Source: a bacterium (lineage in GTDB: Bacteria; SAR324; XYD2-FULL-50-16; G965216635). Taken from it: DNA of 64,000 nucleotides. Of this stretch, positions 19,976-29,601 are shown in pieces. The notes beneath the pieces were generated by a model. It worked only from the letters and a program-made list of their open reading frames with translations, was not told the DNA's origin and searched no databases. Made by a program: the position numbers and the translations under genes. Positions within the stretch are counted from its first letter, which is position 1, and every line of letters begins with the position of its first letter. The DNA lies in NCBI GenBank assembly GCA_965216635.1, contig OZ244188.1, forward strand, positions 1,312,001-1,376,000. The letters run 5' to 3'.

Positions 19976-20806
19976 ATGGGAATTTGTAAATTTTGTAGAG
20001 AACCAGCAGGTTTTTTAAGTAGAGCTCATAAAAATTGTAAATACCAGTATAATGAAGCAAAAAGTGATATTATGTCTCTTTTTAAGGATATTGATTCTAT
20101 TGATGCTAATTTGCAGTCTTTAGAAAAAAAAATTACCACAAAAGCAAAGTCTGGTTATATAGATAAAGATAAAAAAAAACAATTAATTATAGCAGGTTGG
20201 GAACAAGCTGTAGATAACGCATTCGCTGATAAAGTTCTTACAGAAGAAGAGGAATCAACATTAGCTAAATTACAAAATCACTTCTCTTTGTCTCAAGAAG
20301 AATTAGATAAAAGTGGTGCATACTCTAAATTGGTTAAAGGTGGAATATTGCGTGAAATTTTAAATGGAATCATACCAGAGAAACTAAAAATTAATGAATA
20401 TATTCCTTTTAATCTACAGAAAACAGAAAAACTAGTTTGGATTTTTCAAGATGTTAATTATTATGAAGAAAAAACACGCACTCACTATGTTGGGGGTTCT
20501 AAAGGATTTAGTGTTAGAATTGCAAAAGGTCTATATTATAGATCTGGAGCATTTAAAGGTGAGCGAGTTCAAACTTCAGAGCGAATACATGCTGATACTG
20601 GGTTATTAGGTGTGACAAATAAGCATATTTATTTTTCAGGTGAAGAAAAAAGTTTTCGTATTAATTTTGATAAGATAGTTACATTTGAACCTTTTTCTGA
20701 TGGTATTGGTATGCAAAGAGATACTCAAACATCAAAACCTCAGATATTTATAACAGATGATGGGTGGTTTACATATAATTTAATTACGAATCTTGCCCAG
20801 ATGTAA
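19976..20806 (+). CDS. Hypothetical protein (N-terminal CxxC...HxxC) inserted in the liv operon
   Basis: 276-aa ORF between livG and livF; C-terminal GGSKGFSVRIAKGLYYR..G.L.VTNKHIYF domain. Confidence 0.75.
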   Translation: MGICKFCREPAGFLSRAHKNCKYQYNEAKSDIMSLFKDIDSIDANLQSLEKKITTKAKSGYIDKDKKKQLIIAGWEQAVDNAFADKVLTEEEESTLAKLQNHFSLSQEELDKSGAYSKLVKGGILREILNGIIPEKLKINEYIPFNLQKTEKLVWIFQDVNYYEEKTRTHYVGGSKGFSVRIAKGLYYRSGAFKGERVQTSERIHADTGLLGVTNKHIYFSGEEKSFRINFDKIVTFEPFSDGIGMQRDTQTSKPQIFITDDGWFTYNLITNLAQM

Positions 20807-20828
20807 TGATTTTTTAAAAAATACCTAA

Positions 20829-21572
20829 ATGAATAAAAAGAAAAATAAAGAAAAGGTAATACAACAACCAATACTAAGTATTTCTCATTTAAAAGTTTTT
20901 TATGGAGCTATTCAAGCTCTCAGAGGAGTGACAATAGAAATTAAGGAAGGAGAAATTGTTTGTTTGATTGGAGCTAATGGAGCGGGCAAAAGCACTCTTT
21001 TAATGAGTATTTTTGGAGATCCTAGAGCTGCTAGCGGTAAAATTCTTTTTAAAGGAGAAAATATCACCACAACAGCAAGCCATAAAATTATCCACAAAGG
21101 TATTTCTATTGCTCCAGAAGGTCGCCGTATTTTCTCTAAAATGTCTGTATCTGATAATCTTCTCATAGCAGTCTCTCCCAAAAGAGAAAAACACATACAA
21201 CAAGATTTTGAAAAAATTTTCCACCTTTTCCCTATCCTAAAAAATAGAAGAAACCAGACTGCCGGCACTCTATCTGGCGGAGAACAGCAGATGTTATCTA
21301 TTGGAAGAGCCTTGATGAGCGAGCCCGAACTTTTACTCTTAGACGAACCTAGCCTAGGTCTGGCTCCAAAACTAGTACAAAAAATTTTTGAAACTCTAGC
21401 AAATATTGCAAAAGAAGGAACAACTATATTTTTAGTAGAACAAAACGCCTATCACGCCTTGAAATTAGCAAATAGAGGCTATGTTATGGTAAATGGCGAG
21501 ATTAAACTAGGTGGTTCTTCTAAAAAATTACTCAATAACCCTGAAATGAAAAAAGCCTACCTTGGGGGTTGA
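20829..21572 (+). CDS. livF: Branched-chain amino acid ABC ATPase
   Basis: GANGAGKST, PEGRRIF, LSGGEQQM, LDEPSLGLAP, VEQNA. Confidence 0.94.
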   Translation: MNKKKNKEKVIQQPILSISHLKVFYGAIQALRGVTIEIKEGEIVCLIGANGAGKSTLLMSIFGDPRAASGKILFKGENITTTASHKIIHKGISIAPEGRRIFSKMSVSDNLLIAVSPKREKHIQQDFEKIFHLFPILKNRRNQTAGTLSGGEQQMLSIGRALMSEPELLLLDEPSLGLAPKLVQKIFETLANIAKEGTTIFLVEQNAYHALKLANRGYVMVNGEIKLGGSSKKLLNNPEMKKAYLGG

Positions 21573-22605
21573 TTTATTCAAAACCTTTACCACTAAAGTT
21601 TTGAACAAAAAACCAGCTATCATTATTACTTCTATTGCTGGTGCAGATAACTCTGTTTTGAAAACTTTTGCCGCACAGAGTCTAAAAAAAAATTACCACT
21701 TTATTGTCATTGGAGACAAAACAAGTCCCGCAAATTTTGCATTAGAAGGTTGCGATTACTACAACCTAGAACGACAAAAAAATTTAGAGTTCACTTTTCC
21801 TGCTATCTGTCCTACAAAAAGTTATGCCCGTAAAAACATAGCCTATCTCATTGCTGCAAAAAACCAAGCCCCATTTGTAATAGAAACAGATGATGATAAT
21901 TTGCCACGCGATAGTTTTTGGACGCCACAAAAAAGAACCCAAAATGTGCCAACAATTACAAAAGCAAGTTGGGTCAATGTCTATCGTTATTATACTGAAA
22001 ATAATATTTGGCCTAGAGGTTTTCCTTTGGAAAACATTCTAGAGCTCCCGCCAGTTTGGGATTCTCTGCTAACTCAAGAAATAGATTGCCCCATACAACA
22101 GGGTTTAGCGGATGATAATCCAGATGTAGATGCTATCTATCGCCTAGTATTACCACTACCGCAGCAATTCAAAAAAAATCGTAAAGTAGCCTTGACTAAA
22201 GGTAGCTGGTGCCCTTTTAACTCTCAAAATACCTGCTGGTATCCCGATGCCTATCCTTTAATGTATCTACCAACCACCTGCAATATGCGTTTGACGGATA
22301 TATGGCGTAGTTTTGTGGCTCAAAGAATTTTGTGGGAAAACAATTTAGGACTACTCTTTTATGAACCTACTGTGTGGCAAGAAAGAAACGAACACAACCT
22401 GCTAAAAGATTTTAGCGATGAAATAATGGGCTATCTTCACAATTCTAAAATCTGCCAAGAATTAGAATCTCTCTCTTTAAAATCGGGCACTGAAAATTTT
22501 GCTGAAAATATGCAAATTTGCTATGAAACTTTCATAAAATCGGATTTACTAGAAAAAAAAGAATTAAATTTACTTGAAATTTGGCTAAATGATCTAAAAT
22601 CGTAA
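21562..22605 (+). CDS. STELLO-like (DUF288) glycosyltransferase
   Basis: IGDKTSP, YARKNIAYL, TDDDN, WPRGFP, QGLAD..PDVDA, FNSQNT, R.TDIWRS. Confidence 0.82.
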   Translation: MGVDLFKTFTTKVLNKKPAIIITSIAGADNSVLKTFAAQSLKKNYHFIVIGDKTSPANFALEGCDYYNLERQKNLEFTFPAICPTKSYARKNIAYLIAAKNQAPFVIETDDDNLPRDSFWTPQKRTQNVPTITKASWVNVYRYYTENNIWPRGFPLENILELPPVWDSLLTQEIDCPIQQGLADDNPDVDAIYRLVLPLPQQFKKNRKVALTKGSWCPFNSQNTCWYPDAYPLMYLPTTCNMRLTDIWRSFVAQRILWENNLGLLFYEPTVWQERNEHNLLKDFSDEIMGYLHNSKICQELESLSLKSGTENFAENMQICYETFIKSDLLEKKELNLLEIWLNDLKS

Positions 22606-22625
22606 AAAAGTAGAATTTTTGTTCT

Positions 22626-22726
22626 ACGATATTGCTGCGAGTTAAAAAAAAATTTTTCGCACCTGTTATAACCATTTGGCTAGCCCCAATAGTGGGGTTA
22701 GCATCAGCGAAATTCAAAGGTCTATA
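22626..22726 (-). mobile_element. MITE-like partial copy, inverted
   Basis: CGCACCTGTTATAACCATTTGGCTAGCC ... GCGAAATTCAAAGGTCTATA. Confidence 0.75.
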
Positions 22727-22750
22727 AAGTTAAATCTATTTTAGAAAGTT

Positions 22751-22784
22751 AAATCAATCGTTCTCAATTTATGCAATTCATCTC
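22751..22784. repeat. 34-bp direct repeat, left copy (duplicate of the uvrB 3' end)
   Basis: AAATCAATCGTTCTCAATTTATGCAATTCATCTC, identical to 25159-25192. Confidence 0.92.
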
Positions 22785-23170
22785 TTGCATATATATTGTG
22801 CTTTGATTTGCTTGTTTTTTCAAATTCTATGCGATTTTATTTTATTTGCAATTAGGACAGGGATGTTTATAACTCTTTTTCCACAGGGTTTTTAGGGCAT
22901 TTTCTAACCAATTTGTTGGAAAATTATTCAAAATAACCTTGTAAAGACTTATATCGCTCATTATTTACTCATTTTTAGTATAATTTATTACTTCATAATA
23001 GCCTTGTCCTATCAAGGAAAAACAGCCATTTTGTTAATTGTTGTATATTATTCTTTTAAAAATATTCCAAAAATCATTTTTTTTATGTTACTCTATTTAC
23101 TGTTTGAAAATCAGGTTGAGAGAGAATGCCTGTTTTTGTAATGTAATATTAATTTTTCAACTTTTTAAAA

Positions 23171-24226
23171 ATGGGATGGGGTAGTTTTAGAGCACCAAGA
23201 ATTAGAATTAGTATACCAAAGATTAAAATACCTAGAATCAGTATACCTAAGGTTAAAACACCTTATTTAAGGGTACCAAGCCTACCCTCTCCAAATATTT
23301 CTACTAGATCTTTTAGTATTCCTAAAGTATCTGTTCCCGTTCCGCCTATATCAGACTTAAAAATTAGTGAGTTTTTTCAAAAACTTAAAATTAAAGAAAT
23401 TTCAATTCCTAATTTTTTCCCAGGAATGGCTACTAAAATAAAAACTATTCCTATTAAATTTGATTTTCCGATAGATAAAATTGATGATCTTAAAAAAGCT
23501 ATTATTCCTCCATATATCACAATACCTCTCAAAGGGATAAAAATCCCTAGCTACACGCGGTATATTTCTATTCCTCGTATTAGAATATCTTGTCCTAGAA
23601 TTAGATATAAAAGTATAAGTGTTGGAATCCCTGATGCGTCAGTTTCTTTTCCTAGACTTAAAGTTAAATTACCAGGGTTTGAAATACCTATTAATGATAT
23701 AAAAATCAAAACAAGCACCTTTCTACCTGATTTAAAAAGTATTTTTAAAAATGCTAGGGTTGGAATTGACACTTCTATTGGTTTCCCTGTGCCCAAGATT
23801 CAGATTAAAGTAGGCGATATCACCTTACCTATTCCACCTAAAACTGAGGAATCTGGCGACCTTTTCCCAGATGATATGATCAAATCTAATATAAAAAAAA
23901 TAATAACTGGCATTTTTTCAAAAGTTTCAGTTCCTTTTCCTGGATTAAAAGCTAAAATCCCTGACATTAAAATTTCTATTCCTGATATTAAAGCTCCTAT
24001 TCCCGATATTAAAATTCCTATTCCTGATATTAGAGTGAGTGTACCTAGTTTTAGTGTTTTAGGTCAGAGAATTAGTTTAGGTAGTGTGAGAGTGCCTATT
24101 CCAGATGTTAAAATTTCTATCCCAGATATTAAAATTTCTATCCCAGATACTAAAATTTCTATTCCCGGTATTAATATCCCAAAACAAGATATTAAAATAC
24201 CTGATAAAATTCTTATGGGTGATTAA
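23171..24226 (+). CDS. Ile/Pro/Lys-rich repetitive protein (IPxIK / IPDIKIS repeats)
   Basis: 351-aa open frame with pervasive IP-x-I-K periodicity and 21-bp repeats near the 3' end. Confidence 0.75.
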   Translation: MGWGSFRAPRIRISIPKIKIPRISIPKVKTPYLRVPSLPSPNISTRSFSIPKVSVPVPPISDLKISEFFQKLKIKEISIPNFFPGMATKIKTIPIKFDFPIDKIDDLKKAIIPPYITIPLKGIKIPSYTRYISIPRIRISCPRIRYKSISVGIPDASVSFPRLKVKLPGFEIPINDIKIKTSTFLPDLKSIFKNARVGIDTSIGFPVPKIQIKVGDITLPIPPKTEESGDLFPDDMIKSNIKKIITGIFSKVSVPFPGLKAKIPDIKISIPDIKAPIPDIKIPIPDIRVSVPSFSVLGQRISLGSVRVPIPDVKISIPDIKISIPDTKISIPGINIPKQDIKIPDKILMGD

Positions 24227-24306
24227 AAATATGATTGAAAGAATAAATATACTAAAGCATTTTAATTAAAAACTATAATATCAACCTTATTTAAAATAAA
24301 CGAACA

Positions 24307-25059
24307 ATGACTGACATTCTAAAACCATATAAAGAGATATTTGGAATAATAGGAGATATGTATACTTATGTGGGACGAATACTCGTTCAATGTTGGATTA
24401 TTCTGTTATGGGATCATACAGAAAGAAGAGAAACAAAATCTATCCCAGAAAATATAAAAAACAACATAAAAGAAAAAATTAATGGTTTAAAGTGCGAATA
24501 TATAGATAAGGGTACAAAAGAATGTACAAATCAAAGCGCACCGAACAATATGCCAGGCTGGGGATGGGACCCTGTTAAATACGACAAATCAAAAGAAATT
24601 TATGATGATCTTTTAAATATTTTAGATAGTGATTGTGTTTGTTATGCAAAAAGAGATGATGAAACTAATTTTAGAAAGGCTTTTGAGAAACTTTCTTTTA
24701 CAAAAATTCTTATAGGTTTGGGCGCATTCTTCGGCGCTTGGTGGGTCATATTCATTTTCTTTCTTTTAGATATCATAATTAAAAATTACAAAGATAGTAA
24801 TTCCATTACACTAGGACATCCCGCTCACACTTATTACTATATTTTATTTGCACCTAGTATTACGCCAGAAAAAGATGATGACAAGACTTTGGGACTGTGG
24901 GCACATGAGCTTGTTCATGTCCAGCAATATAAAAAAATAGGATTTGGATCATTTGCTTGGCGATATGCAAGAGAAATTTTTAAAGGGCATGATAATATAG
25001 AATTAGAAAAAGAAGCTAATAAAATTGCTTGTAGTTTAGGATACAAAAAATATTGTTAG
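24307..25059 (+). CDS. Zincin metallopeptidase-motif protein, DUF4157-like, with one TM segment
   Basis: SITLG...AHELVHVQQY...LEKEA (HExxH plus downstream Glu). Confidence 0.7.
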   Translation: MTDILKPYKEIFGIIGDMYTYVGRILVQCWIILLWDHTERRETKSIPENIKNNIKEKINGLKCEYIDKGTKECTNQSAPNNMPGWGWDPVKYDKSKEIYDDLLNILDSDCVCYAKRDDETNFRKAFEKLSFTKILIGLGAFFGAWWVIFIFFLLDIIIKNYKDSNSITLGHPAHTYYYILFAPSITPEKDDDKTLGLWAHELVHVQQYKKIGFGSFAWRYAREIFKGHDNIELEKEANKIACSLGYKKYC

Positions 25060-25148
25060 ATAGTATTTCACTAATTGAGAAATTTACTCTAACATATCCA
25101 AAAATTAAGAAGTTCTCTTATAGCGTTTTAATCAGTCTAAAAGAATAG

Positions 25149-27113
25149 TTATATCTCCAAATCAATCGTTCTCAATTTATGCAATTCATCTCGTAGTTTT
25201 GCTGCTTTTTCAAAATCTAGTTTTTTGGCAGCTTGGTGCATAGCTTTTTCTACAGACTGCATTTTTTTATAAAACTGTTTGCTATCCCCATAGTTTATAC
25301 TTTTTTCTTTCACTAAAAATTCTTCTTTTTCTACTAAGGCTTGGTGTATCTTTTTTTGGATGGTTTGGGGAGTAATATTATATTTTTCATTATGTATCAT
25401 TTGTGTTTTTCTTCTCCGATTTGTTTCTGCGATAGTTTTTTGCATAGACTTTGTGATGGAATCAGCATACATAATAGCCTTGCCTTCGGAGTTGCGTGAG
25501 ACTCTACCACAAGTCTGCATCAAAGGACGGTAGGAACGCAAAAAACCTTCCTTATCGGCATCCAGTATTCCTACCAAACTTACCTCAGGTAAATCCAAAC
25601 CTTCCCTTAAAAGATTTATTCCTATCAAAACATCTATTTCTCCTGTACGTAAATTTTTTAAAATAGCTGTTCTTTCAATAACTTTTATATCTGAGTGCAT
25701 ATAGCAAACTTTGATTTTTAGTTGGCTGTAATAATCACAAAGACTTTCAGCCATTTTTTTTGTTAGGGTAGTAATCAAAACCCGCTGTTTTTTTTCCACT
25801 CTCAGAAGTATTTCGTTATACATATCATCCACTTGATTTGCTGTAGGGCGGACTTCAATTGGAGGGTCTAGCAAACCAGTAGGGCGGATAATTTGCTCTG
25901 CCATTACAGAAGATTTTTCTATCTCATAATCTCCAGGGGTGGCAGAAACATAGATTCTCTGTTTGATGATTTCGTCAAACTCTTCAAATTTTAAAGGACG
26001 GTTATCCAAAGCAGAAGGCAGACGAAAACCAAATTCTACTAGATTTTTTTTGCGACTGTAATCTCCGTGATACATACCGTGAATTTGAGGTAGACTTACA
26101 TGCGACTCATCCAAAAAAAGTAACGACTGTTGCGGAAAATAATCAATGAGTGTCGGCGGAGGATCTCCAGCCAGTCTGCGAGTCATAATTCTAGAATAAT
26201 TTTCTACTCCGCTGCAGCTTCCGGTCTCATCCAGCATTTCTATATCGTGCTCGGTTCTTTGCTTCAATCTTTGGGCTTCTACTAGCCTATTTTGTTTTTT
26301 AAAATAATACAGTTGCTCGTCTAATTCGTCGCTTATCATCTGCAAAGTTTTCGGCATCATATTTTTTGGCTGCACATAATGGCTAGCTGGATAGATGGCA
26401 CATTTGGTTAGTTTTTCTATAGTTTTAGAAGTGATGGGATCTATTTTTTTGATAGATTCTATAGTATCCTCAAAAAGTTCCAATCTAATAGCAACATCTT
26501 CATAAGCCAAATAAATATCAATTCTATCGCCTCTGATTCTAAAATTTCCGCGACTAAAATCTATATCCTTTCTTGAATATTGAATTTCTACAAGTTTCGC
26601 TACAATCTCTTTTCGGTTCATTTCTGCTCCTTGCATTAGATAGAGCATCATACCCGAGTAGGCTTCGGGTGAACCTAACCCATAAATACAAGAAACACTA
26701 GAGACTATAACTACATCTTCCCTTTCAAAAAGAGAACGTGTGGCTGACAAACGAAGTTTGTCCAAATCATCGTTGATGGAGGTATCTTTCTCAATATAAA
26801 GATCCTTCGTCGGCACATAGGCTTCAGGCTGGTAGTAATCGTAATAGCTTACAAAATACTCTACTGCATTGTTGGGGAAAAAATATTTTAATTCCTGATA
26901 AAGTTGTGCGGTTAAGGTTTTATTGTGCGTCATAATTAAAGTAGGACGACCCAATTTTTGAATAATATTTGCCATCGTAAAGGTTTTTCCAGAACCCGTC
27001 ACTCCCAGTAAAAGTTGGCTAGTCTGTTTATCAGAGATTCCTTTACTGAGCCTGTCTATTACTTTTTGTTGGTCTATGGAAGGATTAAAATCGCTGTGAA
27101 GTTCAAATTTCAT
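25149..27113 (-). CDS. uvrB: Excinuclease ABC subunit B
   Basis: GVTGSGKT, YYDYYQPEAY, DESH, C-terminal FEKAAKLRD. Confidence 0.98.
   Translation of the reverse strand: MKFELHSDFNPSIDQQKVIDRLSKGISDKQTSQLLLGVTGSGKTFTMANIIQKLGRPTLIMTHNKTLTAQLYQELKYFFPNNAVEYFVSYYDYYQPEAYVPTKDLYIEKDTSINDDLDKLRLSATRSLFEREDVVIVSSVSCIYGLGSPEAYSGMMLYLMQGAEMNRKEIVAKLVEIQYSRKDIDFSRGNFRIRGDRIDIYLAYEDVAIRLELFEDTIESIKKIDPITSKTIEKLTKCAIYPASHYVQPKNMMPKTLQMISDELDEQLYYFKKQNRLVEAQRLKQRTEHDIEMLDETGSCSGVENYSRIMTRRLAGDPPPTLIDYFPQQSLLFLDESHVSLPQIHGMYHGDYSRKKNLVEFGFRLPSALDNRPLKFEEFDEIIKQRIYVSATPGDYEIEKSSVMAEQIIRPTGLLDPPIEVRPTANQVDDMYNEILLRVEKKQRVLITTLTKKMAESLCDYYSQLKIKVCYMHSDIKVIERTAILKNLRTGEIDVLIGINLLREGLDLPEVSLVGILDADKEGFLRSYRPLMQTCGRVSRNSEGKAIMYADSITKSMQKTIAETNRRRKTQMIHNEKYNITPQTIQKKIHQALVEKEEFLVKEKSINYGDSKQFYKKMQSVEKAMHQAAKKLDFEKAAKLRDELHKLRTIDLEI
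25159..25192. repeat. 34-bp direct repeat, right copy, inside uvrB
   Basis: Identical to 22751-22784. Confidence 0.92.
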
Positions 27114-27232
27114 TTTTTTAAATAATTAACTCAAATTATTGCTTAATTTTAGGGTATTTTTCTATTTTTTTATAAAAACACTTGATTTGTACGGTTTTTT
27201 GTGGAAAATAAGGGCAACTTATTGCTATTTTA

Positions 27233-27328
27233 TTTTTATAATGTATTATAAAAACACTTTATTATTTTATTTTTATAATATATTATAAAAACACTTTATT
27301 ATTATATTTTTATAATGTATTATAAAAA
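27233..27328. repeat. Three 22-bp palindromes at 37-bp period
   Basis: TTTTTATAAT-(G/A)T-ATTATAAAAA at 27233, 27270 and 27307. Confidence 0.85.
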
Positions 27329-27377
27329 TATAATAAGGGAGATTTGTATAAAAATTAATTCTTACTTTAATAATAAA

Positions 27378-27578
27378 ATGTTTAGAACAAATAATCAAAC
27401 AGAAAAGAAGAATCAATCCGATAGAGAACTGGAACGAAAAATCGTTGCTAGATTTTCTCGCGGTAATATTCGTCTACAACAAGGGAAATATATTACTCAA
27501 GAAGACATTGATGAGGGATTTGAATATATTAAAAACAATCTTCTTCCTAAAGTTGAGAAAAGTTTAAATAATGGATAG
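27378..27578 (+). CDS. Small hypothetical protein (SRGNIRLQQGKY motif)
   Basis: 66-aa ORF from ATG 27378; overlaps a 16-aa stub ORF MDREQFIENIYFLAKK*. Confidence 0.55.
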   Translation: MFRTNNQTEKKNQSDRELERKIVARFSRGNIRLQQGKYITQEDIDEGFEYIKNNLLPKVEKSLNNG

Positions 27579-27635
27579 AGAGCAGTTTATTGAAAATATT
27601 TATTTTTTAGCTAAAAAATAGTTTATAAAATCAAA

Positions 27636-28226
27636 ATGAACGAAAAACAAAACTATTCTAATTTAGATAATTATTTTAAAGAAAAAGTCAGCATTGTTGC
27701 CTACCTTGTTAATAAATTTGCTAAACAAGGAGTAGAAACAATTAAAGTTCTAAAACTAGTATCTTTTTCTGACATACACGCTTTAAGAAAGTATGGGGCT
27801 TCTCTCACAAATGATAAATATGTTGCGTTAGCCAAAGGACCTGTTGCTTCTCAAATTCGTAATATTGTAGAACAAAATAAAAAATACTTAAAAGGAGAGA
27901 ACGAATTAAAGTATGTAAAAGAGTTTTTAAAAATAAAGAAAGAAAAAAACTGTTACAAAGTTTTTCTCACCCAAAATAACAATTATTTAAAGTATTTGTC
28001 CAAAATAGACAAAGAAGTATTAGATGAAATTCACAGCAGATTCGGTCATTATAATGCAGATGAATTAATAGACTTAAGTCACGAATTTCGGGCTTGGAAA
28101 AAATACAATATAACTGGCAAGAAAGAAAGTCATGAGATAAAAATATCTGATTTTTTTATAAATGATGGATGCTTGAAAGTTGCTAAAAACCAATTAGAAG
28201 CAGCAAAAATTTTATATGAGTATTAA
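27636..28226 (+). CDS. Panacea (DUF4065/SocA-like) antitoxin-domain protein
   Basis: KVLKLV.FSD..AL.KYG..LT.D.Y.A...GPV...L..LSH...AW. Confidence 0.8.
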   Translation: MNEKQNYSNLDNYFKEKVSIVAYLVNKFAKQGVETIKVLKLVSFSDIHALRKYGASLTNDKYVALAKGPVASQIRNIVEQNKKYLKGENELKYVKEFLKIKKEKNCYKVFLTQNNNYLKYLSKIDKEVLDEIHSRFGHYNADELIDLSHEFRAWKKYNITGKKESHEIKISDFFINDGCLKVAKNQLEAAKILYEY

Positions 28227-28614
28227 AATTAGAAATGTTTATAAGTATATTAGCCATCATTTAAAATCCAGTTTTTATAAAAAACATAAACGAAAGCATT
28301 GGATTCCTATTATTGCGAACTATGATGCGGGAGACAGAAAATTAATTGTTATAATTACAACATATAAATCAGCACTAGAAACGAATTGTAAAACTCTGAA
28401 TGGAGAAAATTCTTATGTAGTTATAAGCCCTAGTGATTACGGTGAGTTGTCAGAAAAATCATTTACAGATTGTATAATTTATACAGAACTGAATAATCTT
28501 TTTAAGACGAAAGATAAAAAATCGGATATATCAGAGGAATTACTAAAACAGATTAAAGACGCCGCATCAGAAAACCAAAGAAATCCAGATTACCTTAAAA
28601 TGGAGTTGATTTGA
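28216..28614 (+). CDS. Hypothetical protein, candidate toxin partner of the Panacea gene
   Basis: Overlaps the upstream stop; beta-rich pattern loosely recalling PemK/MazF-like folds. Confidence 0.5.
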   Translation: MSIKIRNVYKYISHHLKSSFYKKHKRKHWIPIIANYDAGDRKLIVIITTYKSALETNCKTLNGENSYVVISPSDYGELSEKSFTDCIIYTELNNLFKTKDKKSDISEELLKQIKDAASENQRNPDYLKMELI

Positions 28615-28638
28615 CGAGTTGACTATAGGTTCACCCAT

Positions 28639-29595
28639 CTAAAAATCTTGCCGTACTTTTTTCCAAAATTCATTCCAATCCTTGCCACTACTCAGCCAAA
28701 CATTCTCAAAAGTAGGATTATTTTCGTTGTATCTTTGGAATTGCAACAGCCGAGCATTATTTAGCTTTAAGAATCTTTTGGAGGCTTGAGGATAAATTTT
28801 TAAAATTTCTTTTTTTGTGTTTTCAAAAAGCTGTTTCTTTAAGTTAGATTTTTGTTTTTCTGATGTGTCGTCTTGATAAATCATTTCTGCTTTTTTGTAA
28901 GTATCGTTCATTAGTTTAGAAAATAGACGGTGTTTTTTTTGTCTCTGTCTTTGTTCTAAAAGCAATTTTTCTCCTTCTTTTCCTTGTCTTCGCAAAAACT
29001 GTTCGCTCCCTATTTTTGCCACAAAACTTGCTAGCTGCTCGTTGAGTGTAGTTTCGTTTTTCAAATATAGCGTAGAATGGGTAGCTTCGTGGATAAGAGT
29101 ATTGATAAGGTTATATTTACCGTAAAGCAGCATTGGGCTGACAACTGGATCGTCAAACCACCCAAGAGTAGAATAGGCTGGAACGGGAGAAATCCAAACC
29201 CCGTAGTTTTTTTGTTGTAACTTTTGGGCTTCTTTTTGGGCGTCTTCTAAAACAAAAAATCCTTTGTAATCCACCTTTCCTAGAATAGGAAACCACCATC
29301 TATAAGCCTCTAGTTTTAAAACAGGGCTAGCGCTCACAGCAAAGCTGATACTTTTTTTTTCTGTCTGGTAGTATTTCCTATAATTTCCTTTTGTTTTAAG
29401 TTTTAAAACTTCTTCGCTAAATTGCAATACTTCTTCTACCAAAGCGAGCAGTTCTTTTTTTTGTGGGTCTGTTTCTTCTGTTATAGCGGACTTTAAAGGG
29501 ATAGTATTCCAAATGATTTTAAAATGGTGATAGGACTGTTTTGTTAGATAACAACCACTTAAAAAAAAGCTCAAAAAAAACACTAAAAATTTCAT
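28639..29595 (-). CDS. Putative zinc-dependent aminopeptidase lipoprotein
   Basis: Lipobox LSGC, WWFPILG..YKGFF, AYSTLGWFDDP, IHEATH. Confidence 0.85.
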   Translation of the reverse strand: MKFLVFFLSFFLSGCYLTKQSYHHFKIIWNTIPLKSAITEETDPQKKELLALVEEVLQFSEEVLKLKTKGNYRKYYQTEKKSISFAVSASPVLKLEAYRWWFPILGKVDYKGFFVLEDAQKEAQKLQQKNYGVWISPVPAYSTLGWFDDPVVSPMLLYGKYNLINTLIHEATHSTLYLKNETTLNEQLASFVAKIGSEQFLRRQGKEGEKLLLEQRQRQKKHRLFSKLMNDTYKKAEMIYQDDTSEKQKSNLKKQLFENTKKEILKIYPQASKRFLKLNNARLLQFQRYNENNPTFENVWLSSGKDWNEFWKKVRQDF

Positions 29596-29601
29596 TTTGA
29601 G

